From: Octopus sinensis
Lineage: Eukaryota
NCBI RefSeq assembly: GCF_006345805.1
Contig: NC_042999.1
Location: forward strand, 156,178,001-156,242,000
Reading direction: 5' to 3'
Length of the DNA: 64,000 bases
Shown: positions 1-12,924 of the stretch, in pieces
Layout of the letters: every line of letters begins with the position of its first letter
Numbering within the stretch: the first letter of the stretch is position 1
Notes under the pieces: model-generated
The model's database searches: none
The model's input: only the letters and a program-made list of their open reading frames with translations
What the model was told of the DNA's origin: nothing
Position numbers and translations under genes: made by a program

Positions 1-136
1 GGACCCCTTCAGTTATTATTTTATTCTGGTGGTCCCCTATAATCATTTGATGTTTAAAAACTAGTTTTATAAAACCTTCTTTCAAAATTCCTTTTTGTTT
101 TTTGATCAATAACTTGTGTAGGTTAAGTTAATTTTT

Positions 137-400
137 TGGCTCAAAAAGCGAAAAGCAAGGCCATGTAGGGGGACATGGAGTTATGTACAGGGAGGGTGTT
201 CATGCAAAGAGTTCAGGCCATTTCTGGTAAAGAGAGACTTTGAACCGAGCGGTCGTCAGCATCTTCACTATCTCGTCCGGCAGCTTATACCACAGATCCT
301 CTCCTTCGATTGAGATGAAATCGTCGCAGATAGAGCTTTGCGGAGTGACCCCCGCAGCCGACGCTCTGGAGTAGGAGTGAAGAACAGCTCTTTCGAGTAA
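137..400 (-). mobile_element. CR1-type LINE 3' fragment
   Basis: Reverse complement of 23640-23925. Confidence 0.8.
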
Positions 401-499
401 AATGTTAGAGAAAAAAAACCTAGTTGTTTCTTGTAATACATACCAATAAAAAACATCTCAAGCAAAATTTTTTCAGGGACCCATAAAAGATGAACCTCA

Positions 500-870
500 A
501 CATTTTACCATTCATCACAACACACAGAAGCCAAAAATAACCTTGATTATAAGTTGGATTTTTGACTTTCTTCAAAATCAGACGGTTCCTTTCCATTGCT
601 GACTTAGTGCTCTTGTATGGTAGTGAAACATGGATAAATGCCAAACAAGCAAAGATGAGTTTAGATGGCAGTTACACAAGGCTGCTACAAATGGCCCTGG
701 ATGCAAAATAGCAACAGCGCTTGATCAAGGAGCATCTCTATGGGCAGCCTTCCAAAAGTAATCAACAAGATCAGAGAATGAGGTCTCTGTATATCAGGTC
801 ATTGCTTATGGCACCAAGAATAAGGAGCACCAAAACCTGCGCTCTGTGACACACAGTGTAGTACCAGCAA
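500..870 (+). mobile_element. Old RTE-like LINE remnant
   Basis: Degenerate LLYGSETW...LDGSYTRLL...GHC. Confidence 0.6.
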
Positions 871-1677
871 GCATTGGAGATAACTGCAAGGAAATCATAG
901 GACTCACAGAGGCAATGGCAAATAATCGAGATCTTTGAATCCGAACGTGGCCGTTGCCAGCGCCGCCACAACAGGCCTCCGTGCCGGTGGCATGTAAAAA
1001 GCACCATCCGATCGTGGCCGTTGCCAGCCCCGTCTGGCACGTAAAAAGCACCCACTACACTCATGGAGTGGTTGGCGTTAGGAAGGGCATCCAGCTATAG
1101 AAACATTGCCAGATCAGACTGGGCCTGGTGCAGCCTTCTGGCTTCCCAGATCCCAGTTGAACCGTCCGACCCATGCTAGCATGGAAAGTGGACGCTAAAT
1201 GATGATGATGATGATGATTTGGCAATATCCCATGCTTGAGAAGAAGACCCATGAAGCCAAGTGAAATCATAGCGATGGCAGACAGTGGTGTTACACAACT
1301 GGCACGCATGCCAGTGGCACATAAAAGCATTCATTACACTCTCAGTGTGGTTGGCATTAGGAAGGGTATCCAGTTGTAGAAACCATGCCAAATCAGACTG
1401 GAGTCTGGTGCAACTCCCTGGCTTGCCAACCCTGGTCAAACTGTCCAACCTATGCCAGCATGGACAACAGACATTGATTATAAGTTTATCATTGGCCATT
1501 GAAAAGCTAGATCTTTATAAAATGATCACCAAAAGCAACTCAGTCTACAGACACAATTAGTAGCAGTCAGAAAGCTATTTAGTATTCAAGCATCTGTACT
1601 AGTGTCATGTAAAAAAGTACCCATGCTGATGTCACATAAAAAAGCACACATGCTGGTGCCACATAAAAAAAACACCC

Positions 1678-2085
1678 AGGCACAGGAGTGGCTGTGTGGT
1701 AAGTAGCTTGCTAACCAACCACATGGTTCCGGGTTCAGTCCCACTGCGTGGCACCTTGGACAAGTGTCTTCTACTATAGCCTCGGGTCGACCAAAGCCTT
1801 GTGAGTGGATTTGGTAGACGCAAACTGAAAGAAGCCCGTCGTATATGTGTGTGTGTGTGTGTGTGTGTGCACGCGTGTATGTTTGTGTGTCTGTGTTTCT
1901 ACCCCTAGCATTGCTTGACAACCGATGCTGGTGTGTTTATGTCCCCGTCACTTAGCAGTTTGGCAAAAGAGATCGATAGAATAAGTACTGGGCTTACAAA
2001 GAACAAGTCCCAGGGTCGAGTTGCTCGATTAAAGGCGTTGCTCCAGCATGGCCGCAGTCAAAATGACTGAAACAAGTAAAAAGAA
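1678..2085 (+). mobile_element. tRNA-derived SINE family A (~400 bp, internal (TG)n). Other copies near 11873+, 13775+, 23020+, 29370-, 40788+, 41400-, 43650-, 48886+, 55395-, 58335-, 60730-, 62705-
   Basis: A-box/B-box-like head (TGGCTGTGTGG, GGTTCAGTCCC); conserved end CAGCATGGCCGCAGTCAAATGACTGAAACAAGTAAAAG; many dispersed copies. Confidence 0.88.
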
Positions 2086-2702
2086 AAAAAAAAGAATATT
2101 GGGGCACCATGTAAAAAGCATCCGTGCTGATACCATATAAAAACTGCCCAGTACACTCTGTAAAATGGTTGGTATTAGGAAGGGCATCCAGTTATAGAAA
2201 CCATGTCAAAATAGATGACTGAGGTTTGGTGAAACCCTCCAGCTTCCCAGCTCCTGCCAAACTGTCCAACCAATGCCAGCATGGAAAGCAGATGTTAAAA
2301 CATGATGATGATTATGATGATGGTGACAGTGATGATGATAATGATGAGGTGAAAACTTCTGTTTGATATGATTCTTATAACAGAATCCAATGAAGGTGCC
2401 GGTGGCGTGTAAAAAGCACCAATCCGATCGTGGCCGTTGCCAGCCTCACCTGGCACGTAAAAAGCACCCACTCGCACTCTCGGAGTGGTTGGCGTTAGGA
2501 AGGGCATCCAGCTGTAGAAACACTGCCAGATCAGACTGGAGCCTGGTGCAGCCTCCTGGCTTCCCAGATCCCCGGTCGAACAGTCCAACCCATGCTAGCA
2601 TGGAGAACGGACGTTAAATGATGATGATAATATTGAAATATAGAAGAATGATGGTTAATATTACCCAAGGTTGAGGTTTGTTACAAATGACTTTTTAACC
2701 AC

Positions 2703-3131
2703 ACCGAACGTGGCTGTTGCCAGCGCCGCCTCGACTGGCTTCTGTGCTGGTGGCACATAAAAAGCACCATCCAAATGTGGCCAATGCCAGCGCCGCCTCG
2801 ACTGGCTTCTGTGCCGGTGGCACATAAAAAGCACCATCCGAACGTGGCTGATGCCAGCGCCACCTTGGCTGGCTTCCGTGCCGGTGGCACGTTAAAAGCA
2901 CCAACCGATCGTGGCCGTTGCCAGACCCCCCCTGGCACCTGTGCAGGTGGCAAGTAAAAAGCACCCACTACACTCGCGGAGTGGTTGGCGTTAGGAAGGG
3001 CATCCAGCTGTAGAAACACTGCCAGATCAGACTGGAGGCTGGTGCAGCCACTGGCTTCCCAGACCCCAGTCAAACCGTCCAACCCGTGCTAGCGCGGAAA
3101 AACGGACGTTAAACGATGATGATGATGATGA
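2703..3131 (+). mobile_element. Retroposon family B with (ATG)n tail and variable ~60-bp internal repeats. Other copies near 940+, 2395+, 6600-, 8215+, 17660-, 21530+, 27033+, 30045+, 31550+, 37363+, 39480+, 53030+, 53500-, 54180-, 58946-
   Basis: Shared 3' core GGAGTGGTTGGCGTTAGGAAGGGCATCCAGCTGTAGAAAC...CATGCTAGCATGG...(GAT)n with variable 5' truncation. Confidence 0.88.
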
Positions 3132-3164
3132 TCATGGAAAGGAATAAAATTTTCATGCACTAAC

Positions 3165-3342
3165 CATTGCAAAATCCATATATCTGTATAATTCTTTCAT
3201 GACGCAATTCAATAAGGATTTTAAATTCCAAATTAAGCTTAAGAGAAGATGGCTGATTCTTGGGGTGAAATTCCTTAAAGGCCGCAGTCTTTTTTTCATC
3301 ATTCTTTTTATATGTTATTTTCCAGACTTTACCAAATGCCCC
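3165..3342 (-). CDS. JAK: JAK-like kinase, exon 13: tyrosine kinase (JH1) N-lobe; gene continues beyond the window start
   Basis: GAFGKV..AAFK..E..IL.ELRHERIIQIYGFC. Junctions ttcAG and G|GTTAGT. Confidence 0.93.
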
Positions 3343-4212
3343 CTGAATTTGAAAAAAAAAAAAATAAAAAAATAAAATAAAATTAGCACATTTGATGATA
3401 CAAAACATGCATAGGCTTATTAGATGCACTCCAATTCATTGCAGCAGCATAAATTCAGGAAAAAAAGTTTTTATTGAGAAAATTAAAAGATCTTCAACAA
3501 ATATATCCTATCAGTGATGATTTACAGCAATAAAACAAGGAGCTATCAAACACTACCATCATGAACACCCTTATTTCTTTATTGCCCACAAGGGGCTAAA
3601 CGTAGAGGGGACAAACAAGGACAGACAAAGGGATTAAGTCAATTACATCTACCCCAGTGCGTAACTGGTACTTAATTTATTGACCCCGAAAGGATGAAAA
3701 GCAAAGTCGACCTCGGTGGAATTTGAACTCAGAACGTAACGGCAGATGAAATACCTGTTTCTTTACTACCCACAAGGGGCTAAACACAGAGGGGACAAAC
3801 AAGGACAAACAAACGGATTAAGTCGATTATATTGACTCCAGTGCAAAGTCGACCTTGGCAGAATTTGAACTCAGAACATAAAGACAGACGAAATACTGCT
3901 AAGCATTTTGCCTGGCGTGCTAACATTTCTGCCAGCTCGCCGCCTTTAATGTACACCCTTAATGTAGTCCAATAGGTTCTCAAAGTGGGTTCTACCACCC
4001 CACAGTGGCCATTGAGAGGATCCAGGTGAGCACTGGTATCTAGGGGGTGGTGGTGCAGGGAGAGTGGTAGAGAAAAAGGAGACATTGAAAGGAAGGCAGT
4101 GGACTGGGAAACACTATGAACCTATATTATTATAGTATTGTATACAAATTATATATTATATTAAATATCAAATGATTCATAGTTTATATAAATTAGTAAA
4201 ATATAAAATGTT

Positions 4213-4522
4213 TATTCTATTGTGTCTGAGGAGAGTAATTTTCTTTTTGTACCTTGTTGTGTAACACACTCACCGGTAAAATTTCCACTTTTTTCTTATT
4301 TCTATTTTCCTAAAATTCTTGTTGTGTCTTGCAACCTTTTCAAATAGTTTGAAAAACCTTTTCAGTAGTTTTGACTCTCAATAGTTTTGACAATTGAAAA
4401 GGTTGCAAGATGCAATGAAAATTTTAGGATAATAAAATAAAAACAAGTGGAAATGTTACCGGTGAGTGTGTTACATAATAAGGCACAAAAAGAAAATGAC
4501 TCTCCCCAGACACAACAGAATA
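4213..4522. repeat. Foldback (inverted repeat) of a dispersed family
   Basis: Arms at about 4213-4345 and 4392-4522 are reverse complements. Single arms also near 9700-9880 and 56530-56640. Confidence 0.8.
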
Positions 4523-4629
4523 TGCTTCAACACAGGAACTCATATAAAGAATCTTGCAAACCAAATCCCAAAACGAAATAAAATGTTTAGTTATACATAA
4601 AAATAAGGGGGGGGGGACACTGAGGGTAT

Positions 4630-4900
4630 TATGTGGCCATGAAGGTTTGAGAAGCTCTGATGTAGCCCAATGGAATACAGAATAAACCGTGCTCAGCCCC
4701 ACATTGTGGCACAACAAAACCAACGCCTGGATTCAACAGCATGTGAGAGTCAATGACATCATAAGAACCATGAAAGAGAACAAATATAGATGGGCTGGTT
4801 ATGTTTTCACAACAGAAGGACGATAAATGGACAACCGAAGGGATGGAATGGACACCAAGATAAGGGACAAGATCAAGAAGCTGACCTAAGACAAGAAGGC
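4630..4900 (+). mobile_element. Old LINE C-terminal remnant
   Basis: WIQQHVRVNDII..KYRWAGYVF..EWTPR. Confidence 0.6.
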
Positions 4901-4903
4901 AAA

Positions 4904-6180
4904 TTGAGAGTGGAGGGGGAAGGAATAAGAGTGGGGGAGGGAGGGATGAGAGTGGAGGAGGGAGGAATGAGAGTGGAGGAGGGAAGAATGAGTGAGAGTG
5001 CAGGAGGAAGAGAGAGGAATGAAAGTGGAGGAGGGAGGAATGAGAGTGGAGGAGGGAGGAATGAGAGTGGAGGAGGAAGGAATGAGAGTGGAGGAGGAAG
5101 GAATGAGAGTGGAGGAGGGAGGAATGAGAGTGGAGGAGGGAGGAATGAGAGTGGAGGAGGGAGGAATGAGAGTAGAGGAGGGAGGAATGAAAGCAGAAGA
5201 GGGAGGAATGAGAGTAGAGGAGGGAGGAATGAAAGCGGAAGAGGGAGGAATGAGAGAGGAAGAGGGAGGAATGAGAGAGGAGGAGGGAGGAATGAGTGTA
5301 AAGGAGGGAGGAGTGAGAATGCAGGAGGGAGGAGTGAGAGTGGAAGAGAGAGGAATGAGAGTGGAGGAGAGAGGAATGAGAGTGGAGGAGGGAGGAATGA
5401 GAGTGGAGGAGGGAGAGAATGAGAGTGGAGGAGGGAGGAATGAGTGTAGAGGAGGGAGGAATTAGAGTGGAGGAGGGAGGAATGAGTGTGGAGGAGGGAG
5501 GAATGAGAGTGGAAGAGAAAGGAATGAGAGTGGAGGAGGGAGGAATGAGAGTGGAGGAGGGAGGGATGAGAGTGGAAGAGGGAGGAATGAGAGTAGAGGA
5601 GGGAGGAATGAAAGCAGAAGAGGGAGGAATGAGAGTGGAGGAGGGAGGAATGAGAGAGGAGGAGGGAGGAATGAGTGTAAAGGAGGGAGAAGTGAGAATG
5701 CAGGAGGGAGGAGTGAGAGTGGAGGAGGGAAGAATGAGAGTTGAGGAGGAAGGAATGGGAGTGGAGGAGGGAGGAATGAGTGTGGAGGAGGGAGGGATGA
5801 GAGTGGAGGAGGGAGGAATGAGAGTGGAGGAGGGAGGAATGAGAGTGAAAGAGAAAGGAATGAGAGTGGAGGAGGGAGGAATGAGAGTGGAGGAGGGAGG
5901 GATGAGAGTGGAGGAGGGAGGGATGAAAGTGGAGGAGGGAAGAATGAGAGTTGAGGAGGGAGGAATGGGAGTGGAGGAGGGAGGAATGAGTGTGGAGGAG
6001 GGAGGAATGACTGAGAGTGGAGAAAGAAGGAATGTGAGTGGAGGAGAGAGGAATGAGAGTGGAGGAGGGAGGAATGAGTGGAGGAAGAAGGAATGAGTGT
6101 AGATGAGGAAGGAATGAGTGGAGGAGGAAGGAATAAGTGTAGAGGAGGAAGGAAGGAGTGGAGAAGGAAGGAAAGAGAGA
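4904..6180 (+). repeat. Purine-rich 21-bp minisatellite (GAATGAGAGTGGAGGAGGGAG)n
   Basis: Direct tandem repeat over about 1.27 kb; explains the 7-aa periodic ORFs. Confidence 0.97.
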
Positions 6181-6240
6181 AAAGAAATTCAAAACAAAAA
6201 CAATAAAAAGCTCATAAAATGAATCTGTGTTTTTCCTTAC

Positions 6241-6488
6241 CTGTCCAATAACGAAGTCCATAGCCATGTCTTTTTTAAATATTTCCAGTGGATTGGGCAA
6301 TGCTACGGATTTGTTGGTTCTAGGAACTTGTGAACAAAGGCGTTTTATCTCTTCGGTGATTGGTGGTGGTTTCAAAAAATGTCTAGTCCATTTGTGATTA
6401 CATAAAGTTTGAGCACCGTCACTGCTGTGCACTGCTTTGACAAGTTCAACGTCATCAACACTGTACTTTAATTCCGGTGTGTTCCCCA
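6241..6488 (-). CDS. JAK: JAK-like kinase, exon 12: JH2-JH1 linker up to VIGQ
   Basis: ttgcAG and CAG|GTAAGG, phase 1/0. Joins the next exon to give IGQGAFGKV. Confidence 0.85.
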
Positions 6489-6914
6489 CTGCAAGTAGTC
6501 AAATTCTTCGAAATTAGATGATTTTACATGTTTCTTTTCATAACTGAATATATAAACAAGTATATAGTATACATACATAGATATATATATATATATATCA
6601 TCATCATCATCATCGTCGTCGTTTAATGTCCGTTCTCCATGCTAGCATGGGTTGGACGGTTCGACCGGGGTTCTGGGAAGCCAGAAGGCTGCACCAGGCT
6701 CCAGTCTAATTTGGCAATGTTTCTACAGCTGGATGCCCTTCCTAACGCCAACCACTCCGTGAGTGTAGTTATATATATATATATAACCATCCTTTAACGT
6801 CCGCTTTCCACACCTGCATGGGTTGGATGATTTGTCTGAGGACTGGCGAACCAGATGGCTGTGTCAGGCTCCAATCTGATCTGGCAGAGTTTCTACGGCT
6901 GGATGCCCTTCCTA

Positions 6915-6950
<36 letters not shown>

Positions 6951-8569
6951 TTTCATACATATACACATACCCTGGTATCAATCAGACTATCAGATGATGT
7001 TATACATCACCGGTCACATGACTGATCCAGCCAGCAGCCCAGCCAGCCATACATACAGCCATATTTAGCAATGGAAATGTGCTGTGGTTGTATGAATTGC
7101 AGTTTAAGGTTTGATAATGTTATGTCTTCTGTTAAATGAAGTCAGGATGGATATCAATAAACACATTCAAAGATAAGTTGCAGTTGACTACCCTAAAACA
7201 TTTAATACCATCACTAAAATTAGATACAGCAAAACTGATAGGACATTAATAATTGTCATATATTATAAATTCAAATGCTTGTAAAAACGAAGATAAGAGG
7301 TTAGAAAAACCTGGAGCATGGTATCACAAAAATTCTTGTTGAAATGTTGGTAAGATGCAAAGAATAAGATCAAGGATTCTGGTTTCAGTTCTGTTCAAAC
7401 TGAAACTGCATTGAGGAATCAAAATGTTCTCACACCAAAGGTCCCAGGTTGCTCGTAGCAAAACTCACCTGCCTAGAATTAGCGGGCAAAAACTTCCCAT
7501 TTTACAGTTGATGTACAGATGCTAGACTAGTCCATCAGGTTAAAAGGTGGATGGCCCAAGTAAAGCTAAATGGACCTGATCATCATGTGGTGAACCAAAT
7601 GGATAGTTAAAAGTAAAAAGGCAGAATGTGGGTAGCTAAAGTTCAAGAGTGATCATACTTCTGCTACACATACAGTTTGCAATACAGCTCCATGTCCCTC
7701 AAATCTTTCAATTTTGCAAATCATACAAATGTGAAACCAGCTATGTGTTTTATTATCAAAACCAATTAATCTTGATGCAGCCTTCCAGCATGCCAGCCTG
7801 GTCAAACTGTCCAACCCAAGCTGATATGGACAACATACATTAAATAGCAACAGGAATGACATCCTGCAGGAAAGAAACCTGCCTCAACAAATTCGTCTGA
7901 CTGATTCAAGTATGGAAAAGTATGTTTGTCAGATGACGATGTTGATGATAATCATTCCTAAGTCCACCATTTCGTCAATCGCAGCAGCTTCCTAGCTTCA
8001 CCACTAATTCAGTTCCCAACTAAATTGCAAACTGTTAATAGTTTTAAAGAGGACATCTTCTCAGCTACACTTTGGTATAAATAGTTTGAGATTTGGTTCA
8101 GTAGAGAAAAAGTTACATCAAAATATGTCATATATATATATATATGTATGTATGTATGTATGTGTGTGTGTATGTGTGTATATATATTTATATATATATA
8201 TATATATATGTATCATGGCCGAAGCCAGTGCCGCCTCGACTGGCTTCCGTGCAGGTGCCACGTAAAATGCACCAATCCGACCGTGGCCGATGCCAGCCTC
8301 GCCTGGCACCAGTGCAGGTGGCACGTAAAAAGCACCCACTACACTCACGGAGTGGTTGGCGTTAGGAAGGGCATCCAGCTGTAGAAACATTGCCAGATAA
8401 GACCGGAGCCTGGTGCAGCCTTCTGGCTTCCCAGATCCCCGGTCGAACTGTCCAACCCATGCTAGCATGGAGAACGGACGTTAAACGATGATGATGATGA
8501 TGATGATACACACACACATACATACATACATATATATATATAAAAGCAAAGAAATTAATTTAAACTTAC

Positions 8570-8762
8570 ATTTATCAGCCAACTGCAGTAATATTGTGCT
8601 TACATCACCTGGTTTAGGTCGGCATTCACTACCTTTTGCACGGCACTTAAGTATTAAGGAATGGATTTCTTTGTAGATCGCATCAAACTGCTCGGTATTG
8701 CCATCATTCTTGCTGACAGTTTTGGATTCAATCAGCAAACGGCACACATGTGCACAGCTAGC
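8570..8762 (-). CDS. JAK: JAK-like kinase, exon 11: pseudokinase C-terminus (LILKC..ECRPK)
   Basis: ttacAG and T|GTAAGT, phase 0/1. Subdomain XI C..RP motif. Confidence 0.88.
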
Positions 8763-9960
8763 CTGTAAAAAAAAAGGGGGGTGGATTAAAGTGTAGATTC
8801 TTTTACTTGTTTCAGTCATTAAACTGGCTCGGGGAACCCCTGTGCAATAATTTAATAGTCTTATGCACACATATTTGCACAGGAAAATTTAAAATTACTG
8901 CCGATTTTAGCAGTTTTGTAACTTCTTGCGGAACCCCTAGACTGTACAGGCGGAACCCTGGTTGAAAACCACTGCTGTAGTATGTATGCCTATAGGTGTA
9001 TCCAAAGATTATATTTGCAGTGGACCTGCTATGTTTTACGGCAATCATTCTACAATGTTTAACGTATATACATAAATCATCCCCAGTATTAATCCACTTA
9101 AGGTATAGAAAATTTTTATTTACACCAGGAATCAAACCCACTACTTCATGATTGTGAACCCAAAGCTTTAATCACTGAGTCTTCTGCCTTCACCATAATC
9201 TTGTGAAATTATCCTGACTGGGGAGATTAAAGAAGATAAAAAATGCTAAAGGAGCAGTTTCTTTTTGATGAATAATAGAAATAAAATCGAAATATAATTT
9301 TAGAGGAAAGCGAGTTTATAAATAGTGTATTTAATGGCCTATAAAATGCACCTTTTTTTTTACCCCAAAATGGCTTTAAAAATCCCCCTGCATCCAATGC
9401 ACACAATGTAGATTCAAAACTCACTCAAAATGGTATGTATGTTAACAAAATGTGTGCTGCCATCTATTGGTGAACAATCGCCTATGGTTTCTGTAGAAGA
9501 GCGTAGGCTCAAAACGTAAAAGACTTTTTCTATTCCTGAGCGTTATACTAATACATCTGTTTGTTTTGTACACTACCTGTCCTATGTTTTTTTCGTAAAC
9601 TCTCCCTATATATGTGTATATAACGAATGTGGATGCAATAAATTGCTTATAATTACCAGTAATAACAAAGTTATACAGATAAACTTTATTTTAGTGTTTC
9701 ATTTTGGGATTTGGTTTGCAAAATTCTTTATGCGAGTTCGTGTATTGAAGCATATTCTGTTGTGTCTGGGGAGAGACATTTTCTTTTTGTGCCTTATAAT
9801 GTAACACACCGGTAAAATTTCCACTTTTTTCTTATTTATATTTTCCTAAAATTTTTGTTGCGTCCTGCAACCTTTTCAATAGTCTATTTATTTTACAAAT
9901 GTATAGCCTAGGCTATATACTCATGCATCTTATAGACCATCAAATATGGTAAATACTTAC

Positions 9961-10099
9961 TTGACTTTGAAAGTTTTCTTGTGGAGGATTGCATTCAAAA
10001 CATAACATCTCACAAAGACAACTTCCAAATGCAAACATATCAGATTCACAGGTGGGTTTCTGTAAATTACTTTGAAGTTCAGGTGCCAACCAGGGTTTT
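9961..10099 (-). CDS. JAK: JAK-like kinase, exon 10 (RKPWLAPE...SDMFAFGSCLCEM)
   Basis: tttcAG and CAA|GTAAGT, phase 2/0. Kinase subdomains VIII-IX. Confidence 0.93.
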
Positions 10100-10392
10100 C
10101 TGAAAGAGTTTTTGATATCATATATTAAAAAAAAAAAATGACAAAAGGAAAGAACTGTAAAAATCATGCGAAAACTAACCTCGCCTGTGCTAGTGCCACG
10201 TAAAAAGTATGGAGCCCCCTCTGCAGAGTGGTTGGCATTAGGAAGGGCATCCAGCAGTAAGAACCCTGCCAAAGCAGACAGAGTAGCTTAGGGAACCATC
10301 CTAGCCACGTATGCATGGAAGATGGACGTTAAACAATGAGGATGACTCCTTTCAGAAATTCATGTTGTATAAAAGTTCAAAAGAAATGGGTC

Positions 10393-10451
<59 letters not shown>

Positions 10452-11100
10452 TGGTGTGTGTGCGTGCATTTTGTGTTGTGTTGGATATGTGTGTTGTGTA
10501 TGTGATTATGTTCTGTGTGTATATATGTTGTGTGTGTATGTATGTGTGTGCATGTGCATGCATGAGAACAGGTGAGTAAGAGGCTGACTATGGAAAAACC
10601 CAATGAAGGCATGTGGCTTTGTGGTTACAGGTATTTGGCTCAAAATCAGAAAATCACGAGTTCAGTTCCTAATGATGAATTGTGTCCTTGAGCAAGACAC
10701 TTTATTTCTCATTGCTTCAGTGCTGGCAAAAAATGTGTTGTACCTATTTCTTTACTACCCACAAGGAGCTAAGCACAGAAGGGACAAACAAGGATAGACA
10801 AACGGATTAAGTCGATTATATCGATCCCAGTGCGTAACTGGTACTTATTTAATCGACCCCGAAAGGATGAAAGGCAAAGTCGACCTCGGTGGAATTTGAA
10901 CTCAGAATGTAATGGCAGACGAAATACCGCTAAGCATTTCGCCCAGTGTGCTAACGATTCTGCCAGCTCGCTGCCTTAAAATGTGTTGTACCAGTAATTC
11001 AAAGGACCAGCCTTGTCACATTCTGTGTCAGGTTGAATCTCCCTGAGAATTACATTAAGGTTAGCAATCTCTGAGGAGACTTCAGCAACATGAACATTAA

Positions 11101-12378
11101 CCCCTTAATGGATCAATTATTTTGACATGGAGTTTCATTTCAGAGCATTTTTTAAAATTTTCTTTTTTAATTAATATACACTATGTTAATTATAAAAAAA
11201 AGTTTTTTATCTTGCTTCCTTTATTTTTTATTATAGAAATTAAAATGTACTTTTACTCATTTGGATTTAAACGAGTTAACTCAGACATTGAAAAGATACA
11301 TATAACTTAACTATCTTCAATTTTTTATAAGATGTATTGCTTTTAAATCAAAGCAAAATTTTTTTTAAAATGAGATAGACAGTTTATTTAGAATGATAAT
11401 TTTTAAAAAATGGAGCTACACACAAAGTTATTTTGCAGACATCACACATGTATCTGCTTTCTCTTTGAATCGGACTAGCATATTGATTTCATGCCATGCA
11501 TGTGCATCTATCTGATTATCTTCTCTGTCATCTGAAAAATTGTCAGAGTCTGAATTATACGTGTCTAATTCATCCTCAGAGCTTTCCAGATCGTGAAATG
11601 AAAAATCGCTTTCATGATTGCTAAATGTATCTAAATCTTCATCCATTTTGAGAAAAAAAAAACGCGTAAATAATTCTATTATTTGTATAAATAATAGAGA
11701 ATCAAAACGAGACGGTTCTAAAATGACACCAACCTCCTCCTGAATCTGAGTATGCACTGAAGTAAAAGTTCAAAACTCAGAAGCATAAATTCTTTGAAAT
11801 GGTGCCAGAATATGTACTGCCGGGTGTACGACAATGCGAGTAAAGTCGTGATTGCTCAAAAAATGAAACGATAGGCGCAGGAGTGGCTGTGTAGTATGTA
11901 GCTTGTTTACCAACCATATGGTTCCGGGTTCAGTCCCACTGCGTGGCACCTTGGGCAAGTGTCTTCTACTATAGCCTCGGGCCGACCAAAGCCTTGTAGT
12001 GGATTTGGTAGACGGAAACTGAAAGAAGCCCATCGTATATATGTATATATATATATATGCGTGTGTGTGTTTGTCCCCCTATCATTGCTTGACAGCCGAT
12101 GCTGGTGTGTTTATGTCCCCGTTACTTAGCGGTTCAGCAAAAGAGACCGATAGACTGGGCTTACAAAAGAATAAGTCCCGGGGTCAAGTTGCTCGATTAA
12201 AGGTGGTGCTCCAGCATGGCCGCAGTCAAATGACTGAAACAAGAGTAAAAGAGACACAAAACAAATAAACTCGTTTGAGTGCTAAAATTAAAAGTTAATT
12301 TTGACTGAGTATACTTGTCTGGTTCTAAAAAGATACATTTGCGATGCAGAAGTAAAATCGGGATAATCCTTTAAGGGG
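11101..12378 (-). mobile_element. Internally deleted piggyBac-like element
   Basis: TTAA TSDs at 11097-11100 and 12379-12382; TIR CCCCTTAAwGGAT. Acidic N-terminal transposase-like remnant (MDEDLDTFSNHESD...). Splits a SINE at its TTAA. Confidence 0.75.
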
Positions 12379-12924
12379 TTAATCCCACAGGCAGGCTGTT
12401 CCACTGATTGGATCAAATGGAACCCTTGCCTTCATAACTGACCGATTGCTGCCACTGCTACCAATGACAACACTGCTGCTGTTTGTTTGTTTGTTTGTAG
12501 AGCGAAGTGGTCTTCGTTCGTAGTGGGAGAAGTCCAATACGTGGTCCTTTGCTATTCGTAAGACCCGCAGAAGAGAAAGCAGGTCAACCCCCGACACCGA
12601 GAGCATCGACGGATGGATGAATGCGCATCCAGGCTCAGTGGTTGAGTTGGAAGTCGGGGACAAGAAACAAGAAGAAAGAGTGAGAGAAAGTTGGGGCGAA
12701 AGAGTACAACAGGGGTCGCCACCACACCCTGCCGAAGCTTCGTGGAGCTTTAGGTGTTTTCGCTCAATAAACACACACAACGCCCGGTCTGGGAATTGAA
12801 ACCGCGATCCTCCGACCGTGAGTCTACTGCCCTAACCACCGGGCCATTGCGCTTCCACACACTGCTGCTGCCGATAATGACCACCACCACCGTTAATGTA
12901 TTTTAGAGGTTTTAATAAAGGTAA

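Noticed and set aside
1-3164. Further JAK kinase exons (HRD, DFG)
   Set aside because: None found; the region is repeats, so the remaining exons presumably lie outside the window.
4790-6240. Long ORFs (538, 225, 210 and 157 aa) with HSHSSLL, MRVEEGG or GGRNES repeats
   Set aside because: They are translations of the 21-bp minisatellite. Only 6241-6488 of the 538-aa ORF is a real exon, and it ends at a GT donor.
6489-6545. Alternative acceptor at 6544 for exon 12
   Set aside because: It gives an in-frame stop; the AG at 6489-6490 preserves phase 1 and the frame.
11428-11757. Acidic 109-aa ORF as an extra JAK exon
   Set aside because: Exons 9 and 10 already join in phase with a continuous kinase fold, and the ORF lies inside a TTAA-flanked piggyBac-like element.
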